64,000 bases of DNA from Lentibacillus sp. (GCF_035301925.1 NZ_DATGTI010000088.1:3-64002); one strand, 5' to 3'. Shown: positions 21,118 to 36,801, counted from the first letter of the stretch. Numbers and translations are program-made. The notes: generated from the letters alone by a model not told the origin.

Positions 21118-21221
21118 TTACAATATTAGAGCAACTTTCCTTCCCTTAACATCAAATCTTTAGTAAAATAGATAAGAAGTACAATAAACCTCAATCAATA
21201 AGTAAAAGTCTGGTGATCAGT

Positions 21222-21446
21222 ATGCATCAACCTGAAAAAATTCAGATAGAAACGGCGTATATCCTGCTTGGACAATTTGTGAAATTGCTGAATATACTTG
21301 ATTCCGGTGGTATGGTAAAAGCTTTTTTGCAGGATCAGGGAGTGCTTGTTAACAGCGAACCTGAACACCGCAGAGGAAGGAAACTTTATCCGGGTGATGT
21401 CGTGGAAGTGGAAGGTATCGGATCCTACATGGTCACGAAAGATTAA
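21222..21446 (+). CDS. yaaA: S4-domain RNA-binding protein YaaA
   Basis: YILLGQFVK..SGGMVK..RRGRKLYPGD; lies between dnaN and recF. Confidence 0.93.
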   Translation: MHQPEKIQIETAYILLGQFVKLLNILDSGGMVKAFLQDQGVLVNSEPEHRRGRKLYPGDVVEVEGIGSYMVTKD

Positions 21447-21461
21447 ACATGGGGAATTTGC

Positions 21462-22574
21462 ATGAACATTGAACAATTACAGTTAAAAAACTATCGGAAC
21501 TATGAAACACTGGATATTTCCTTTAATAATAAAATAAACGTGATTATTGGTGAAAATGCCCAGGGGAAAACCAATTTGATGGAAGCTATTTATGTACTTG
21601 CTTTTTCAAAATCACATCGAACACCAAGAGAAAAAGAGCTTATCCAATGGGAGCATGAGTATGCTAAAATAGAAGGCAGGATCACAAAGCGGAATCAGAC
21701 AATCCCCCTTGAAATCATTTTGTCAACAAAAGGAAAAAAAGCAAAATTGAACCGGATTGAGCAAAGAAAACTGAGTGACTACATCGGCGCTTTAAACGTT
21801 GTTATGTTTGCACCTGAACATTTATCGCTTGTTAAAGGTCCGCCGCAGACTAGAAGACGGTTTATCGATATGGAACTGGGACAGATTCAGCCAACGTATA
21901 TTTATCATCTTGGCCAGTATCAAAAAATATTGAAACAACGGAATCATTTATTAAAGCAATTGCAGCGTCAGACAATACAAGATAAAACGATGCTTGACGT
22001 ATTAACGGATCAGCTGATCCAGCATGCAGCGATTCTTCTGGAGCGCCGGTTTGTTTTTCTTGATTTGCTCCGGCAATGGACGCGTCCGGTTCATTATTCA
22101 ATCAGCCATGGGACAGAAAACCTTGAAATCAAGTATCAGCCGACGATAGAAGTATCAGAATCAGCGAATAAGGAAAAGATAGAAAGTATCTATGCTAATA
22201 AATTTCACGAATTGCAGACGAAAGAAATAGAACGCGGTACGACATTAACCGGTCTGCATCGGGACGATATTATTTTTTATGTCAACAATAAAGATGTACA
22301 GACCTATGGATCCCAGGGACAGCAGCGTACAGCAGCATTATCGGTGAAATTGGCAGAAATCGAACTTATCTGTAATGAAGTAGGCGAATATCCGGTTTTA
22401 CTTCTTGATGATGTGCTAAGTGAATTGGATGATCACCGGCAATCCCATTTATTAAACACAATCAAAGACAAAGTTCAAACGTTTGTGTCCACCACAAATA
22501 TTGATGGCATCAATCATGAAACATTGCGGGAGGCACAATTGCTGCGGGTGGCTAATGGTACGGTTGATACATGA
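21462..22574 (+). CDS. recF: DNA replication and repair protein RecF
   Basis: [18 protein letters not shown] and [11 protein letters not shown] motifs. Confidence 0.98.
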   Translation: MNIEQLQLKNYRNYETLDISFNNKINVIIGENAQGKTNLMEAIYVLAFSKSHRTPREKELIQWEHEYAKIEGRITKRNQTIPLEIILSTKGKKAKLNRIEQRKLSDYIGALNVVMFAPEHLSLVKGPPQTRRRFIDMELGQIQPTYIYHLGQYQKILKQRNHLLKQLQRQTIQDKTMLDVLTDQLIQHAAILLERRFVFLDLLRQWTRPVHYSISHGTENLEIKYQPTIEVSESANKEKIESIYANKFHELQTKEIERGTTLTGLHRDDIIFYVNNKDVQTYGSQGQQRTAALSVKLAEIELICNEVGEYPVLLLDDVLSELDDHRQSHLLNTIKDKVQTFVSTTNIDGINHETLREAQLLRVANGTVDT

Positions 22575-22589
22575 TTGTGGAGGTGTTCG

Positions 22590-22868
22590 ATGTTTATTCA
22601 TATCGGCAGTGATAACGTTATTCGGTCAGAAGATGTCATTTCCATTATTGATTACAGTGTGGTGACATCTTCAGGCATTATGGAAAAGATGGTAGAAAAT
22701 GTTGCGGAACAGGAAAAAGTTTTTGGTCCAACTGACGAAGTGAAGTCAGTTGTTATTACGACGGACAACATTTATTATAGTTCGCTGTCCGTCGCAACAC
22801 TGAAAAAACGGGCCAGTATGATTTCAACTATCGACAAACTTGATGACTATTCTGATGAGATTGAATAG
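22590..22868 (+). CDS. remB: Extracellular matrix regulator RemB (DUF370)
   Basis: MFIHIGSDNVIRSEDVISIID...KSVVIT..IYYSSLS; lies between recF and gyrB. Confidence 0.9.
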   Translation: MFIHIGSDNVIRSEDVISIIDYSVVTSSGIMEKMVENVAEQEKVFGPTDEVKSVVITTDNIYYSSLSVATLKKRASMISTIDKLDDYSDEIE

Positions 22869-22954
22869 ATAATCAATCTCATATAGATTTATCTTTTTTA
22901 AGCATTAAAGTATAGGAAAACTTTGCTACTCGCTGTCTGATAGTCAAGACATGA

Positions 22955-24907
<1,953 letters not shown>

Positions 24908-25008
24908 TATTTTGATAAAATAGACTGGAAGTCAGGATGCCTCAATCGGTCATTATACTGGTTTGACATCAGACTTTTTGTTTTTCTGGTAAAGCGATGA
25001 ATGAACTG

Positions 25009-25194
25009 TTTATCCTGCATGTAATGGATAGTAATCCGCCAAAAGACAGCGGCCAATTGTCCATAAATGTCCGATTCGGCTCGGGCCTGCACGATGCAGG
25101 TCACAAAGGCGTTGCAACACGACGTTGCGTATTTAGCCTTTGTTCCCCTTCTTCAGCGGGAAAAAGCGTCCCGCTGAATGAAGTTTCGCTTTAC
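25009..25194 (+). repeat. bcr1-like repeat, medium form (copy 6), between gyrB and gyrA
   Basis: TTTATCCTGC...GAAGTTTCGCTTTAC; carries the 63-bp module (25083-25145) but not the 60-bp inner module. Confidence 0.92.
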
Positions 25195-25225
25195 CTCAGG
25201 AAGGAAGATTTGGAGGTATTGTTAA

Positions 25226-27715
25226 ATGGCAGATGAACAACGTCCAAGCGTTCAGGAAGTTAATCTTAATCAGGAAATGCGCACGTCTTTTCTCGATTAT
25301 GCCATGAGTGTCATTGTATCCCGGGCGCTGCCTGATGTGCGGGATGGCATGAAGCCTGTCCATCGTAGGATTTTATATGCCATGAATGACCTTGGCATGC
25401 ATGCAGATAAGGCGTACAAAAAATCTGCCCGTATCGTTGGTGAGGTCATCGGTAAGTATCATCCGCACGGGGATTCGGCGGTTTATGAATCAATGGTCCG
25501 GATGGCACAGGATTTCAGTTACCGTTATATGCTGGTAGACGGCCATGGCAACTTTGGATCTGTCGACGGTGACTCGGCTGCAGCTATGCGGTATACGGAA
25601 GCACGCATGTCAAAAATTTCAATGGAGTTACTACGGGACATCAATAAAGATACCATCGATTATGCGGACAACTATGATGGCACAGAGCGGGAGCCGGTTG
25701 TTTTTCCGGCCCGTTTCCCGAACTTGCTCGTCAATGGTGCAGCTGGTATTGCCGTCGGGATGGCAACCAATATTCCGCCGCATAATCTTGGTGAAACGAT
25801 CGATGCGGTTTTGGCTATCAGTAAGGACCCGGAAATTACGATCAATGAACTGATGGAGGATTATATTCATGGCCCTGATTTCCCGACAGCCGGTGAAATC
25901 CTTGGCCGAAGCGGTATACGCAAGGCATATGAGACCGGTAAAGGATCCGTGACCATTCGCGCTAAAGTGCATATTGAAGAACACCCAAATGGCAAATCGT
26001 CCATCATTGCGACTGAATTACCGTTTCAGGTTAATAAAGCGAAGTTGATTGAAAAAATCGCTGAACTTGTGCGTGAGAAACGGGTTGACGGCATCACAGA
26101 CCTGCGTGATGAATCAGACCGGAATGGCTTGCGCGTCGTCATAGAATTGCGACGTGATGCGAATGCGAATATTGTGTTAAACAACTTATATAAATACACG
26201 GCTTTGCAGACTACATTCGGTATCAATACCCTGGCATTGGTTGATGGACGACCGCAAGTGTTAACGATCAAACAGTGCCTGGAGCACTATCTGGAACATC
26301 AAAGGGAAATTGTCAAACGCCGTACTGCCTTTGAATTGCGAAAGGCTGAAGCACGTGCGCATATTCTGGAAGGTCTGCGCGTGGCACTTGACCATTTGGA
26401 TGAAGTTATCTCGCTTATCCGTAACTCTAAAACGACTGACATCGCCCGTGACGGCCTGATGACGAATTATGGTTTGAGTGAGAAACAGGCACAGGCAATT
26501 CTGGACATGCGCCTGCAGCGTCTGACAGGGCTTGAACGGGAAAAAATCGTAAATGAATACAATGACCTTCTTAAACAGATTGATGAATTGAAAGCTATTT
26601 TGGCGGATGACGAAAAAGTACTGGCCATTATCCGTGAAGAGCTGACGGAATTAAAAGAGAAATATAACGATCCGCGCCGGACGGAAATCATCGCCGGCGG
26701 AGCGGACTTGATTGAGGATGAGGATTTGATTCCTGAAGAAAATGTTGTTATCACACTGACCCATCAGGGCTACATTAAGCGGCTTCCTGCTTCCACATAC
26801 CGGACACAAAAACGCGGGGGCCGCGGTATCCAGGGAATGGGGACCAATGAAGATGACTTTGTTGAACATCTGGTTTCAACTTCCACGCATGATACAATCC
26901 TTTTCTTTACGAACAAAGGGAAGGTATATCGTGCCAAGGGATATGAAGTTCCCGAGTTCAACCGTACGGCAAAAGGCATACCGATCATCAATCTGCTCCA
27001 GGTTGAAAAAGATGAATGGATTAATGCCGTCATATCCGTTTCCGAATACAGTGAAGATTACTTTTTGTTTTTTACGACAAGACACGGTTTATCAAAACGC
27101 ACGAAACTGTCGCAATTTGCCAATATACGCAAAGGCGGCCTGATTGCAGTCGGCCTGCGTGATGAGGATGAATTGATATCGGTTAGACTGACAGACGGCA
27201 CGAAAAACATTATGATGGCCACTAAAAATGGCTATCTGATTCGTTTTCCGGAAGATCAGGTCCGTTCAATGGGAAGGAATGCAGCGGGTGTACGCGGCAT
27301 TTCACTAAGAGATGATGATGAAGTTGTCTCAATGGAAATTTTGGATGAAGGATTACAAGTTTTACATGTGACCAATAAAGGGATCGGAAAACGGACACCG
27401 GAAGATCAGTACCGCGTTACGAATCGCGGCGGTAAAGGGATTTTCACTTGTAAACTGTCAGAGGACAATCATGTTGTGGCGGTTAAAGCTGTGACAGGTG
27501 AAGAAGATATTATGCTGATTACCGTTGCAGGTGTCTTGATCCGGATTCCGGTTGATGGCATTTCCCAGACCGGACGAAACGCACAAGGCGTCCGTCTGAT
27601 CCGTCTGCAGGACGATGAAGAAGTGGCAACCGTCGCCAAGGTTGAGAAAGAAGAAGCGGAGCATGAAGAAACGGAAGAAACTGAAAAAGACGCGACAGAA
27701 GATCGGGAAGAATAA
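25226..27715 (+). CDS. gyrA: DNA gyrase subunit A
   Basis: [17 protein letters not shown] and GyrA-box QKRGGRG. Confidence 0.99.
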   Translation: MADEQRPSVQEVNLNQEMRTSFLDYAMSVIVSRALPDVRDGMKPVHRRILYAMNDLGMHADKAYKKSARIVGEVIGKYHPHGDSAVYESMVRMAQDFSYRYMLVDGHGNFGSVDGDSAAAMRYTEARMSKISMELLRDINKDTIDYADNYDGTEREPVVFPARFPNLLVNGAAGIAVGMATNIPPHNLGETIDAVLAISKDPEITINELMEDYIHGPDFPTAGEILGRSGIRKAYETGKGSVTIRAKVHIEEHPNGKSSIIATELPFQVNKAKLIEKIAELVREKRVDGITDLRDESDRNGLRVVIELRRDANANIVLNNLYKYTALQTTFGINTLALVDGRPQVLTIKQCLEHYLEHQREIVKRRTAFELRKAEARAHILEGLRVALDHLDEVISLIRNSKTTDIARDGLMTNYGLSEKQAQAILDMRLQRLTGLEREKIVNEYNDLLKQIDELKAILADDEKVLAIIREELTELKEKYNDPRRTEIIAGGADLIEDEDLIPEENVVITLTHQGYIKRLPASTYRTQKRGGRGIQGMGTNEDDFVEHLVSTSTHDTILFFTNKGKVYRAKGYEVPEFNRTAKGIPIINLLQVEKDEWINAVISVSEYSEDYFLFFTTRHGLSKRTKLSQFANIRKGGLIAVGLRDEDELISVRLTDGTKNIMMATKNGYLIRFPEDQVRSMGRNAAGVRGISLRDDDEVVSMEILDEGLQVLHVTNKGIGKRTPEDQYRVTNRGGKGIFTCKLSEDNHVVAVKAVTGEEDIMLITVAGVLIRIPVDGISQTGRNAQGVRLIRLQDDEEVATVAKVEKEEAEHEETEETEKDATEDREE

Positions 27716-27846
27716 TCAGCTGACATGATGATTTAAAAAGGGTGACCAGTGACGGATTACATTCGCTTTGTATTAATCTGCTGGCCGCCCTTTCTTATTT
27801 TTTGGAACTGATACAGCTGTGAGATTAACAGACCTTAGTTTGCGAT

Positions 27847-27915
27847 TGACGTATCGGCATTTAATCGAAGGTCCTCTATTTGATGTGTCATTTTACAGAG
27901 ATTTTTGAACAACCT
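27847..27915. repeat. Right-end remnant of the family-B MITE, overlapping the yaaC 3' end
   Basis: TTTAATCGAAGGTCCTCTA..GATGTGTCATTTTAC..TTTTTGAACAACC aligns with 21059-21116. Confidence 0.75.
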
Positions 27916-28891
27916 TTTGTAAGGGATTATTACTCTCATAATTCATTTGCAGCATGTATTTTCCCAATAAATAAGGGATTTTTTCGGCCGTTATTGTCAG
28001 GAAATGTTTGATAAATGGATAATCTTTATCAGGTTTGGCAGCCAGTAAGTCCCCCCACCATTCGGTTTCATAGCGGCACAGCATGCTCAAATTATAAAGA
28101 AGCAAATAGTGAATCATGATTTCGGAAATCGGCAAAAAATTTCCCCGTTGCACTGGAAAATAACCTGCCCTGTCGTATGTATCAATAAAAAAAGGACTGT
28201 TATGTACCGGATTGAATGGAGCTTCCAATGCCACATGAAGAGAGGCAGCTGTCGCTTCTGTCTGGCTGACCGGTGGCAAATAGGGTTTGATACGCTTAAT
28301 AAATGCCTTTGCGGTTAAATAAAAATTGTCCAATACAAAGGTTGGAAATTGTAAACGCGTTGCGCCGATATTCCCGACCTTAATCATTTTTTCCATGTGG
28401 TGAAACTTGAACATAGAATCCATTTCAGGAATTAAGGAAAACAGCTGCTCCATTTTTATTTTTTCAAACGGTGTTCTGCCAATCGAAAATAAGTGTTCAG
28501 AGACATAAGGGAATAGCCCATTATACTGTATTTTCACTTCATCATCCATAAAGGTATAATCTTTCTTTTTACGCTTTCGGCTTGATACACCATGTGCCAG
28601 TATCGCTGTTGATTCAGGATAATTCGGTCTTATTGTTAAAAGTGCGGCTTTGAGTAAATGGACCATGCCATAAAAAAACAGCATTGGCTGCATGAGCGTT
28701 TCCATTTGTTTGCCATTCTCATAAAATCGGATGCCATGTTCCAGATAATGCATAAATTTATGGCCGTTCTCGAAACTTTTTATAGCGGCGTCAACACCAT
28801 CTAATTGCTGATAACAACTATGTAAATAATCACGTGCTGTTTGCTGTGACTGCAGATATGTAAAAAAATGAGTCATTTGATGATTCTCCAT
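27893..28891 (-). CDS. yaaC: YaaC family protein
   Basis: PMLFFYGMVHLLKA, AHGVSSRKRKK and LLYNLSMLCRYETEWW motifs; divergent from guaB. Confidence 0.92.
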   Translation of the reverse strand: MENHQMTHFFTYLQSQQTARDYLHSCYQQLDGVDAAIKSFENGHKFMHYLEHGIRFYENGKQMETLMQPMLFFYGMVHLLKAALLTIRPNYPESTAILAHGVSSRKRKKKDYTFMDDEVKIQYNGLFPYVSEHLFSIGRTPFEKIKMEQLFSLIPEMDSMFKFHHMEKMIKVGNIGATRLQFPTFVLDNFYLTAKAFIKRIKPYLPPVSQTEATAASLHVALEAPFNPVHNSPFFIDTYDRAGYFPVQRGNFLPISEIMIHYLLLYNLSMLCRYETEWWGDLLAAKPDKDYPFIKHFLTITAEKIPYLLGKYMLQMNYESNNPLQKVVQKSL

Positions 28892-29096
28892 GGATTACCC
28901 CTTCTAACTATGTAAATTTTCCGAATCAATTTTCTTTTATCACATATTGATAATTGTGTTGAAAAAGCATGATGTTTGGCTTATTGTATATAACAATAGA
29001 ATTTCCCTTGAACTACCCCTTGAAACAAGTTCACCCGTTTAGTTTCACCAATTATAAAGATTCTAATCATATACATTAGTATGGATAGGAGGATAA

Positions 29097-30566
<1,470 letters not shown>

Positions 30567-30725
30567 ATGAAACCAAAAGTTTGGTTTACCACTGATATTA
30601 AATATTACCTATTTAATAGATAGGGCATTCCCTATCTATTTTTTCTCTATTTTTTATGGTAAAATAGCTAGGTGCAAAATTATTATAACAACATATGATT
30701 TCATATAATGGTGGAGGTAAGGAAA

Positions 30726-32069
30726 GTGAAACACAGCATGAAGAAAAGTTTGTCATTATTGCTTGTCACACTGGTCATGGCAGCTACAATAACGGTGCAG
30801 CCGTTAACTGCACAGGCAGCAGGACCTGATATTCAGGCAGAATCAGCCATATTGGTTGATTTCGAAACAGGTAAGGTTGTTTATGCCAAAAATCCTGATA
30901 TGGCACTGCCTCCAGCTAGTATGACTAAAATGATGACGGAATACCTTGTCCATGAAGCCATCGCGGAAGGTCAAATTAGCTGGGATACAACAACACAAAT
31001 CAGTGATTATGCTTACAGTATATCTGCTGATGACTCCTTCTCAGGTGTCGGGTTGAAACAGGATAAAGACTATACGGTGAAACAATTGTACGATGCAATG
31101 GCGATTAACTCGGACAATGCAACAACCATCGCACTGGCTGAGTTGATTGCCGGTTCTGAAGGCGAATTTGTCAAGATGATGAATGAAAAGGCAGAAGAAA
31201 TGGGTTTGCCGGAATATGAATTTGTCAATTCGACAGGCCTTGCTAATTCATCACTTGGGGATAATGTACCAGAGGGAACGGATCCTGACGCTGATAATTT
31301 ATTATCAGCCCGTTCAGCAGCGTTACTGGCATACTATTTAATCAAGGATTATCCGGAGGCACTTGAGGTCTCCAAGATTCCTTCAGCAGCGTTTGAAGAT
31401 CAGACTATCCGCAATTGGAATTGGATGCTGCCACACGACGAGGAAGAAGCGAGTTCTTTACAGCAATTCAATTATGAAGGAATAGACGGTTTAAAAACAG
31501 GTTATACCGAACAAGCAGGTTATTGTTTTACAGGGACTGCCGAACGTGATGGCAACCGCTATATTTCTGTTGTCATGAAAACAGAAAGCGAAGGAGCACG
31601 TTTTCAGGAGACAGCTAAACTGTTGGATTACGGCTTTAATCAATTTGAAAATCAGGAAATCTTCCCGGCTGGATACCAGTTGGAAGGTGAATCAGCCATT
31701 CCTGTTTCTAAAGGGAAGGAAGATACTGTACAAGTAGCAACTAAAGAAGCATTCAGTACGCCTGTTAAAGGAGAACAAGCTGAAAATTACAGCATCGAAT
31801 ACCAATTGGACAAAGATAAATTAAATGAAGAAGGAGAATTGACTGCACCAATTGAGAAAGGTGAAAAGATTGGCACGGCTGAAGTTGTCTATAATGGCGA
31901 AAGTGACTATGGCTATATTTTTCCGGATGCTGAAAAAGGGTCAATCGATCTGGTTGCCCAGAAAAGTGTTGAAAAAGACAACTGGTTTATGCTGACACTT
32001 GGTGCCATCGGAAGCTTCTTTGGAAATATCTTCAACACGGTTGTTGATACAGTAAAAGGCTGGTTTTAA
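30726..32069 (+). CDS. dacA: D-alanyl-D-alanine carboxypeptidase PBP5
   Basis: Signal peptide, SMTK, SDN and KTG motifs; C-terminal amphipathic anchor. Confidence 0.95.
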   Translation: MKHSMKKSLSLLLVTLVMAATITVQPLTAQAAGPDIQAESAILVDFETGKVVYAKNPDMALPPASMTKMMTEYLVHEAIAEGQISWDTTTQISDYAYSISADDSFSGVGLKQDKDYTVKQLYDAMAINSDNATTIALAELIAGSEGEFVKMMNEKAEEMGLPEYEFVNSTGLANSSLGDNVPEGTDPDADNLLSARSAALLAYYLIKDYPEALEVSKIPSAAFEDQTIRNWNWMLPHDEEEASSLQQFNYEGIDGLKTGYTEQAGYCFTGTAERDGNRYISVVMKTESEGARFQETAKLLDYGFNQFENQEIFPAGYQLEGESAIPVSKGKEDTVQVATKEAFSTPVKGEQAENYSIEYQLDKDKLNEEGELTAPIEKGEKIGTAEVVYNGESDYGYIFPDAEKGSIDLVAQKSVEKDNWFMLTLGAIGSFFGNIFNTVVDTVKGWF

Positions 32070-32143
32070 ATAAGATAGGGCCGTCTAAGGCATATAAAAA
32101 AGCAAAATTTGAAAATGTTTATGGATCTATAGGAGGGAACAAC

Positions 32144-33028
32144 ATGGCAAACACAGGAACAGAACGTGTCAAACGTGGAATGGCAGAAATGCAAAAAGGC
32201 GGCGTCATCATGGATGTCGTCAATGCTGAACAGGCTAAAATAGCGGAAGAAGCTGGTGCGGTTGCCGTCATGGCGCTTGAGCGTGTTCCTTCCGATATAC
32301 GTGCTGCCGGTGGTGTGGCCCGGATGGCAAGCCCGGAAATTACCGAAGAGGTCATGAACGCCGTATCGATTCCGGTCATGGCAAAAGCACGGATTGGTCA
32401 TATTGTCGAAGCACGCGTTTTGGAAGCAATGGGTGTTGACTATATTGATGAAAGTGAAGTACTGACACCAGCAGATGAAGAATATCATTTGAAAAAATCT
32501 GATTATACCGTACCGTTTGTCTGCGGCTGCCGTAATTTGGGCGAGGCGGCCCGCCGTATTGGTGAAGGTGCGTCGATGCTGCGCACAAAAGGTGAACCGG
32601 GCACAGGCAATATTGTCGAAGCAGTCCGCCACATGCGCCAGGTTCAATCGGAAATTAGAAAGCTGTCATCGATGTCGGATGATGAAGTGATGACGTATGC
32701 CAAAGAAATTGGTGCGCCATATGAACTGCTGGTAGAGATTAAACAAGAAGGCCGTCTTCCTGTTGTCAACTTTGCAGCCGGCGGCGTAGCGACACCGGCA
32801 GATGCAGCTCTGATGATGGAATTGGGAGCCGATGGTGTATTTGTCGGATCCGGTATTTTCAAATCAAATGAGCCGGAGAAATTTGCCAAAGCAATTGTTG
32901 AAGCAACGACACATTATACGAATTACAAGTTGATCAGTGAACTGTCCAAAGACCTTGGCACTGCCATGAAAGGCATTGAAATAGGTACATTGGAAGGACA
33001 AGACCGTATGCAAGATCGCAGTGAATAG
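32144..33028 (+). CDS. pdxS: PLP synthase lyase subunit
   Basis: [18 protein letters not shown] and [13 protein letters not shown] motifs. Confidence 0.98.
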   Translation: MANTGTERVKRGMAEMQKGGVIMDVVNAEQAKIAEEAGAVAVMALERVPSDIRAAGGVARMASPEITEEVMNAVSIPVMAKARIGHIVEARVLEAMGVDYIDESEVLTPADEEYHLKKSDYTVPFVCGCRNLGEAARRIGEGASMLRTKGEPGTGNIVEAVRHMRQVQSEIRKLSSMSDDEVMTYAKEIGAPYELLVEIKQEGRLPVVNFAAGGVATPADAALMMELGADGVFVGSGIFKSNEPEKFAKAIVEATTHYTNYKLISELSKDLGTAMKGIEIGTLEGQDRMQDRSE

Positions 33029-33040
33029 AAAGAAGGAATC

Positions 33041-33634
33041 ATGATGTGCACTATTGCTGTATTGGCTTTGCAGGGTGCCGTTCGTGAGCATGTTCGTGCC
33101 ATCGAGGAAGCAGGTGCAGAAGCCGTTGAGATAAAACAAAAAGAGCAGCTGGCAGATATTGACGGTCTGATTCTGCCGGGCGGTGAAAGCACGACAATGG
33201 GCCGGCTGATTGACAGCTATGGTTTTTTCGATGCCATTCGCAATTTCGGAAAACAGGGAAAGCCGGTATTCGGAACGTGTGCCGGACTGATTTTAATGGC
33301 AAGTGCCATTGAGGGTCAGGAGCAGGCCCATTTAGGATTAATGGGTATGAAGGTGGCACGTAATGCGTTTGGCCGGCAGGTGGCAAGCTTTGAGGCGAAT
33401 TTGGATGTGACATACATCGGTAAGGCATTTAACGCTGTATTTATCCGGGCGCCGTATATACTTGAAGCCGGGCCTGATGTGGAAGTGCTGGCAACTTACA
33501 AGGACAGGGTTGTGGCAGCAAAACAAGGTCATTATTTGTGCACAGCTTTTCATCCCGAATTGACCGACGACAGCCGGTTTATTGAATATTTCGTACAAAT
33601 GGTGGAACAATCAAAACAGACACTTGCATCATAG
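33041..33634 (+). CDS. pdxT: PLP synthase glutaminase subunit
   Basis: LPGGESTT, GTCAG and FHPE motifs. Confidence 0.97.
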   Translation: MMCTIAVLALQGAVREHVRAIEEAGAEAVEIKQKEQLADIDGLILPGGESTTMGRLIDSYGFFDAIRNFGKQGKPVFGTCAGLILMASAIEGQEQAHLGLMGMKVARNAFGRQVASFEANLDVTYIGKAFNAVFIRAPYILEAGPDVEVLATYKDRVVAAKQGHYLCTAFHPELTDDSRFIEYFVQMVEQSKQTLAS

Positions 33635-33672
33635 GGAAAAATCCGATATGATATAGCATAATATAAATAACA

Positions 33673-33908
33673 GTCATGAAAGGAAGCAGTAGCAGGTATG
33701 CTTTTTCCCCAGAGAGTCGGTGGCAGGTGGAAACCGATGAAAGCAGCTTGTGAATCCGTCCTTAAACTGGTTTGCTGAAACAGCAGTAGGCAGGCCCGGT
33801 TAAACACCGTTATCACATTTGAGCCGGAAGCGAATATGTGCTTCAATAAGGGTGGCAACGCGGGAAATACACTCTCGTCCCTGTTTTATCAGGGGCGGGA
33901 GTTTTTTA
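33673..33908 (+). promoter_or_regulatory. T-box riboswitch (Ser specifier UCC) upstream of serS
   Basis: AGAGA..GGTGGAA stem I motifs; GAA-TCC at 33752-33757; T-box AAGGGTGGCAACGCG 33848-33862; terminator 33874-33907. Confidence 0.95.
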
Positions 33909-33937
33909 TGTAATCATAATAAAGGAGGCATTCACCT

Positions 33938-35212
33938 ATGCTTGATATGAAATTTTTACGTAATCATTTTGCTGAAGTAAAGGAAAAGTTAGCTCATCGG
34001 GGTGAAGACTTGTCCGAGCTGGAGCGGTTCGGCGAGCTGGATGAGCGACGCAGATCATTGATTTCTGAAACGGAATCACTGAAAGCTAAGCGTAATGAAG
34101 CATCGAAGCAGATTTCCGCCCTGAAAAAGGAAAAGAGGGATGCAGAACCGGCTATTAAAGAAATGCGGGAAGTCGGGGGAAAAATAAAGGAACTTGATTC
34201 AGAGCTGAAAGACATTGAAGAAACGTTGGAAACGATCATGCTGTCGATCCCGAACATTCCGCATGAAAGTGTACCAATCGGTGATGATGAAGATGACAAT
34301 GTCGTGGCACGCAAATGGGGCAACCTGCCAACATTTAATTTTACTGAAAAACCGCATTGGGACATTGCTGCTGATTTGGGTATCCTCGATTTTGAACGGG
34401 CAGCCAAAGTAACCGGAAGCCGCTTTGTGTTCTACAAAGGACTTGGCACACGGCTGGAACGGGCATTAATTAATTTCATGATGGATCTGCATGCGGATGA
34501 ACATGGCTATACCGAAATGATGCCGCCGCAGATTGTTAACCGTGGCAGTCTGACAGGAACAGGACAGCTGCCTAAATTTGAAGAAGATGTCTTTAAACTT
34601 GAGGAATGGGATTACTTTCTTATACCAACTGCCGAAGTGCCAGTCACCAATTTTCACCGGGATGAGATTCTGTCAAGTGATGACCTCCCGAAGAAATATG
34701 CCGCCTACAGTGCCAATTTCCGGTCTGAAGCAGGATCTGCCGGACGTGATACACGCGGGCTGATCCGGCAACACCAATTCAATAAGGTTGAATTGGTTCA
34801 TTTCACTAAACCTGAAGATTCTTATGACACATTGGAAACATTGACGGGACATGCTGAAAAGGTATTGCAGCAGCTCAATCTGCCGTACCGTGTCATGAAT
34901 ATGTGTACGGGAGACTTGGGATTCACGGCTGCGAAAAAGTACGACATTGAGGTCTGGATTCCGAGTCAGGAAACGTACCGGGAAATTTCATCGTGCTCCA
35001 ACTTTGAAGATTTCCAGGCAAGACGTGCCGGCATTCGTTTCCGCCGAGAAGCAACTGGCAAGCCGGAATTTGTCCATACGTTAAATGGATCAGGTCTGGC
35101 TGTCGGGCGTACTGTTGCCGCCATCCTGGAAAATTATCAGCAGGAAGACGGTTCGGTAGTGGTACCGGAAGTGCTTCGGCCGTATATGGGCGGCAAGGAT
35201 GTTATTAAATAA
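33938..35212 (+). CDS. serS: Seryl-tRNA synthetase
   Basis: [29 protein letters not shown] and [12 protein letters not shown] motifs. Confidence 0.99.
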   Translation: MLDMKFLRNHFAEVKEKLAHRGEDLSELERFGELDERRRSLISETESLKAKRNEASKQISALKKEKRDAEPAIKEMREVGGKIKELDSELKDIEETLETIMLSIPNIPHESVPIGDDEDDNVVARKWGNLPTFNFTEKPHWDIAADLGILDFERAAKVTGSRFVFYKGLGTRLERALINFMMDLHADEHGYTEMMPPQIVNRGSLTGTGQLPKFEEDVFKLEEWDYFLIPTAEVPVTNFHRDEILSSDDLPKKYAAYSANFRSEAGSAGRDTRGLIRQHQFNKVELVHFTKPEDSYDTLETLTGHAEKVLQQLNLPYRVMNMCTGDLGFTAAKKYDIEVWIPSQETYREISSCSNFEDFQARRAGIRFRREATGKPEFVHTLNGSGLAVGRTVAAILENYQQEDGSVVVPEVLRPYMGGKDVIK

Positions 35213-35346
35213 TAAATTGATATGTGGCAGCCAAGAAATCTTGAATGGATTTTCAGGTTTCTTGGCTATTAAATAGGCTAAAGCAACTTTTCAGCAATCC
35301 TTTGCGCCGTACACAAGAAAAAAATTGAAATTCATATAAATTTGTA

Positions 35347-35375
35347 TTGACAAAATCTTGTAACAGTAGTAAAGT
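35347..35375 (+). promoter_or_regulatory. SigA-type promoter of the met transporter operon
   Basis: TTGACA-N17-TAAAGT. Confidence 0.7.
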
Positions 35376-35403
35376 GACAATCATATTAATTTTAATAATT
35401 GAA

Positions 35404-35564
35404 CTTCTTATTCAGAGAGGTGGAGGGACTTGGCCCTAAGATACCTCGGCAGCAGACTTTATTGAAAAGTACTGTGCCAATTCCAACAAGTATTCGCTTG
35501 AAAAATAAGAAGAGTATGTACACATTTCATTAGTCTCTTCTTATTTGATAAGGAGGGATTTTTT
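35404..35564 (+). promoter_or_regulatory. SAM-I riboswitch 1 with its own terminator
   Basis: TTCTTATTCAGAGAGGTGGAGGGAC..GGCCC..CCTCGGCAGC..GTGCCAATTCC..AATAAGAAG; terminator 35534-35564. Confidence 0.93.
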
Positions 35565-35590
35565 AAATTTTTAAACTGAATACGTATAAA

Positions 35591-35747
35591 CTTCTTATCC
35601 AGAGAGGTGGAGGGACTGGCCCTGAGATACCTCGGCAGCGGACTTTATTGAAAAGTACTGTGCTAATTCCAGCAAGCAACACGCTTGATAGATAAGAAGA
35701 GGAAACCAAGGAAAAGCCTCTTCTTATTTATGAAGGAGAGGCTTTTT
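35591..35747 (+). promoter_or_regulatory. SAM-I riboswitch 2 with its own terminator
   Basis: TTCTTATCCAGAGAGGTGGAGGGACTGGCCC..GTGCTAATTCCAGC..GATAAGAAG; terminator AAAAGCCTCTTCTT..AAGGAGAGGCTTTTT. Confidence 0.96.
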
Positions 35748-35769
35748 CATATTTTAAGGAGGGAAATCT

Positions 35770-36801
35770 GTGATTACTTTTGAGAACGTAACGAAGATTT
35801 ATCAAAGTACAGGAAAGCAAATAAAAGCACTGGATAATGTCAATCTGCATATTGAGGAAGGTGAGATATTTGGTGTTATCGGTTTCAGTGGAGCAGGTAA
35901 AAGCTCGTTGGTTCGCTGTGCAAATTTACTCGAACGGCCTACTTTGGGAAAGATTGTTGTAAACAGCCAGGATTTGTTAAAACTTTCCCCTAAAGAATTA
36001 AGAGAAGCAAAACGAAATATTGGCATGGTTTTTCAGCACTTTAATTTGCTGAATTCAAAAACAGTTTTTACGAATGTCGCAATGCCTTTATTGCTCATGA
36101 ACAAATCAAAGAAAGAAGTGGAAAACCGCGTTTACGAGCTATTGGATTTCGTTGGCCTTCGAGATAAAGCGAAAAATTATCCTGATCAGTTATCGGGAGG
36201 GCAAAAACAACGCGTTGGAATTGCCCGTGCATTGGCAACAGAGCCAGCGGTATTGCTATGTGATGAAGCAACATCGGCGCTCGACCCGCAAACGACAGAA
36301 TCCATTTTAAAGCTTTTAAAAAGAATCAATCAGGAATACAACATTACGATTTTATTGATTACACACGAAATGGGCGTTATTCGGGAAATTTGCGATAAAG
36401 TGGCAGTACTCGATCAAGGGAAAATAATCGAATCAGGATCTGTTTTCGAGGTATTTGCACAACCAAGAACGGAAATTGCCCATGACTTTGTCAGTACAGT
36501 AATGCATGACGAAATCCCGGAATCCGTTCATCAGTTAATTCAAACACAGCAATCAACCAGTCAAATTTACCGCATTGTATTTGTAGGCAATTCCGCTGGT
36601 ACTCCATTACTTTCTCAAATAGCAAAGCGTTTTGATGTGGAAGTGAATGTATTATTTGGCAGTATAACGGAACTGCAAGAAATTCCATTTGGTAATTTGA
36701 TCGTTAAATTTGAAGGCGAAGCAAAAGAGATTAATCGGGTTTTAATGTTCATTAACCAACAGGAAGTAACTATAAAGGAGATATTGGCAGATGTTAGTTG
36801 A
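35770..36801 (+). CDS. metN: Methionine ABC transporter ATP-binding protein
   Basis: GFSGAGKS, LSGGQKQRVGIARALA, LCDEATSALDP and C-terminal NIL domain; under S-box control. Confidence 0.95.
   Translation: MITFENVTKIYQSTGKQIKALDNVNLHIEEGEIFGVIGFSGAGKSSLVRCANLLERPTLGKIVVNSQDLLKLSPKELREAKRNIGMVFQHFNLLNSKTVFTNVAMPLLLMNKSKKEVENRVYELLDFVGLRDKAKNYPDQLSGGQKQRVGIARALATEPAVLLCDEATSALDPQTTESILKLLKRINQEYNITILLITHEMGVIREICDKVAVLDQGKIIESGSVFEVFAQPRTEIAHDFVSTVMHDEIPESVHQLIQTQQSTSQIYRIVFVGNSAGTPLLSQIAKRFDVEVNVLFGSITELQEIPFGNLIVKFEGEAKEINRVLMFINQQEVTIKEILADVS

Noticed and set aside
25455-25495. Quinolone-resistance substitutions in GyrA
   Set aside because: The QRDR reads HGDSAVYE, with wild-type Ser and Glu
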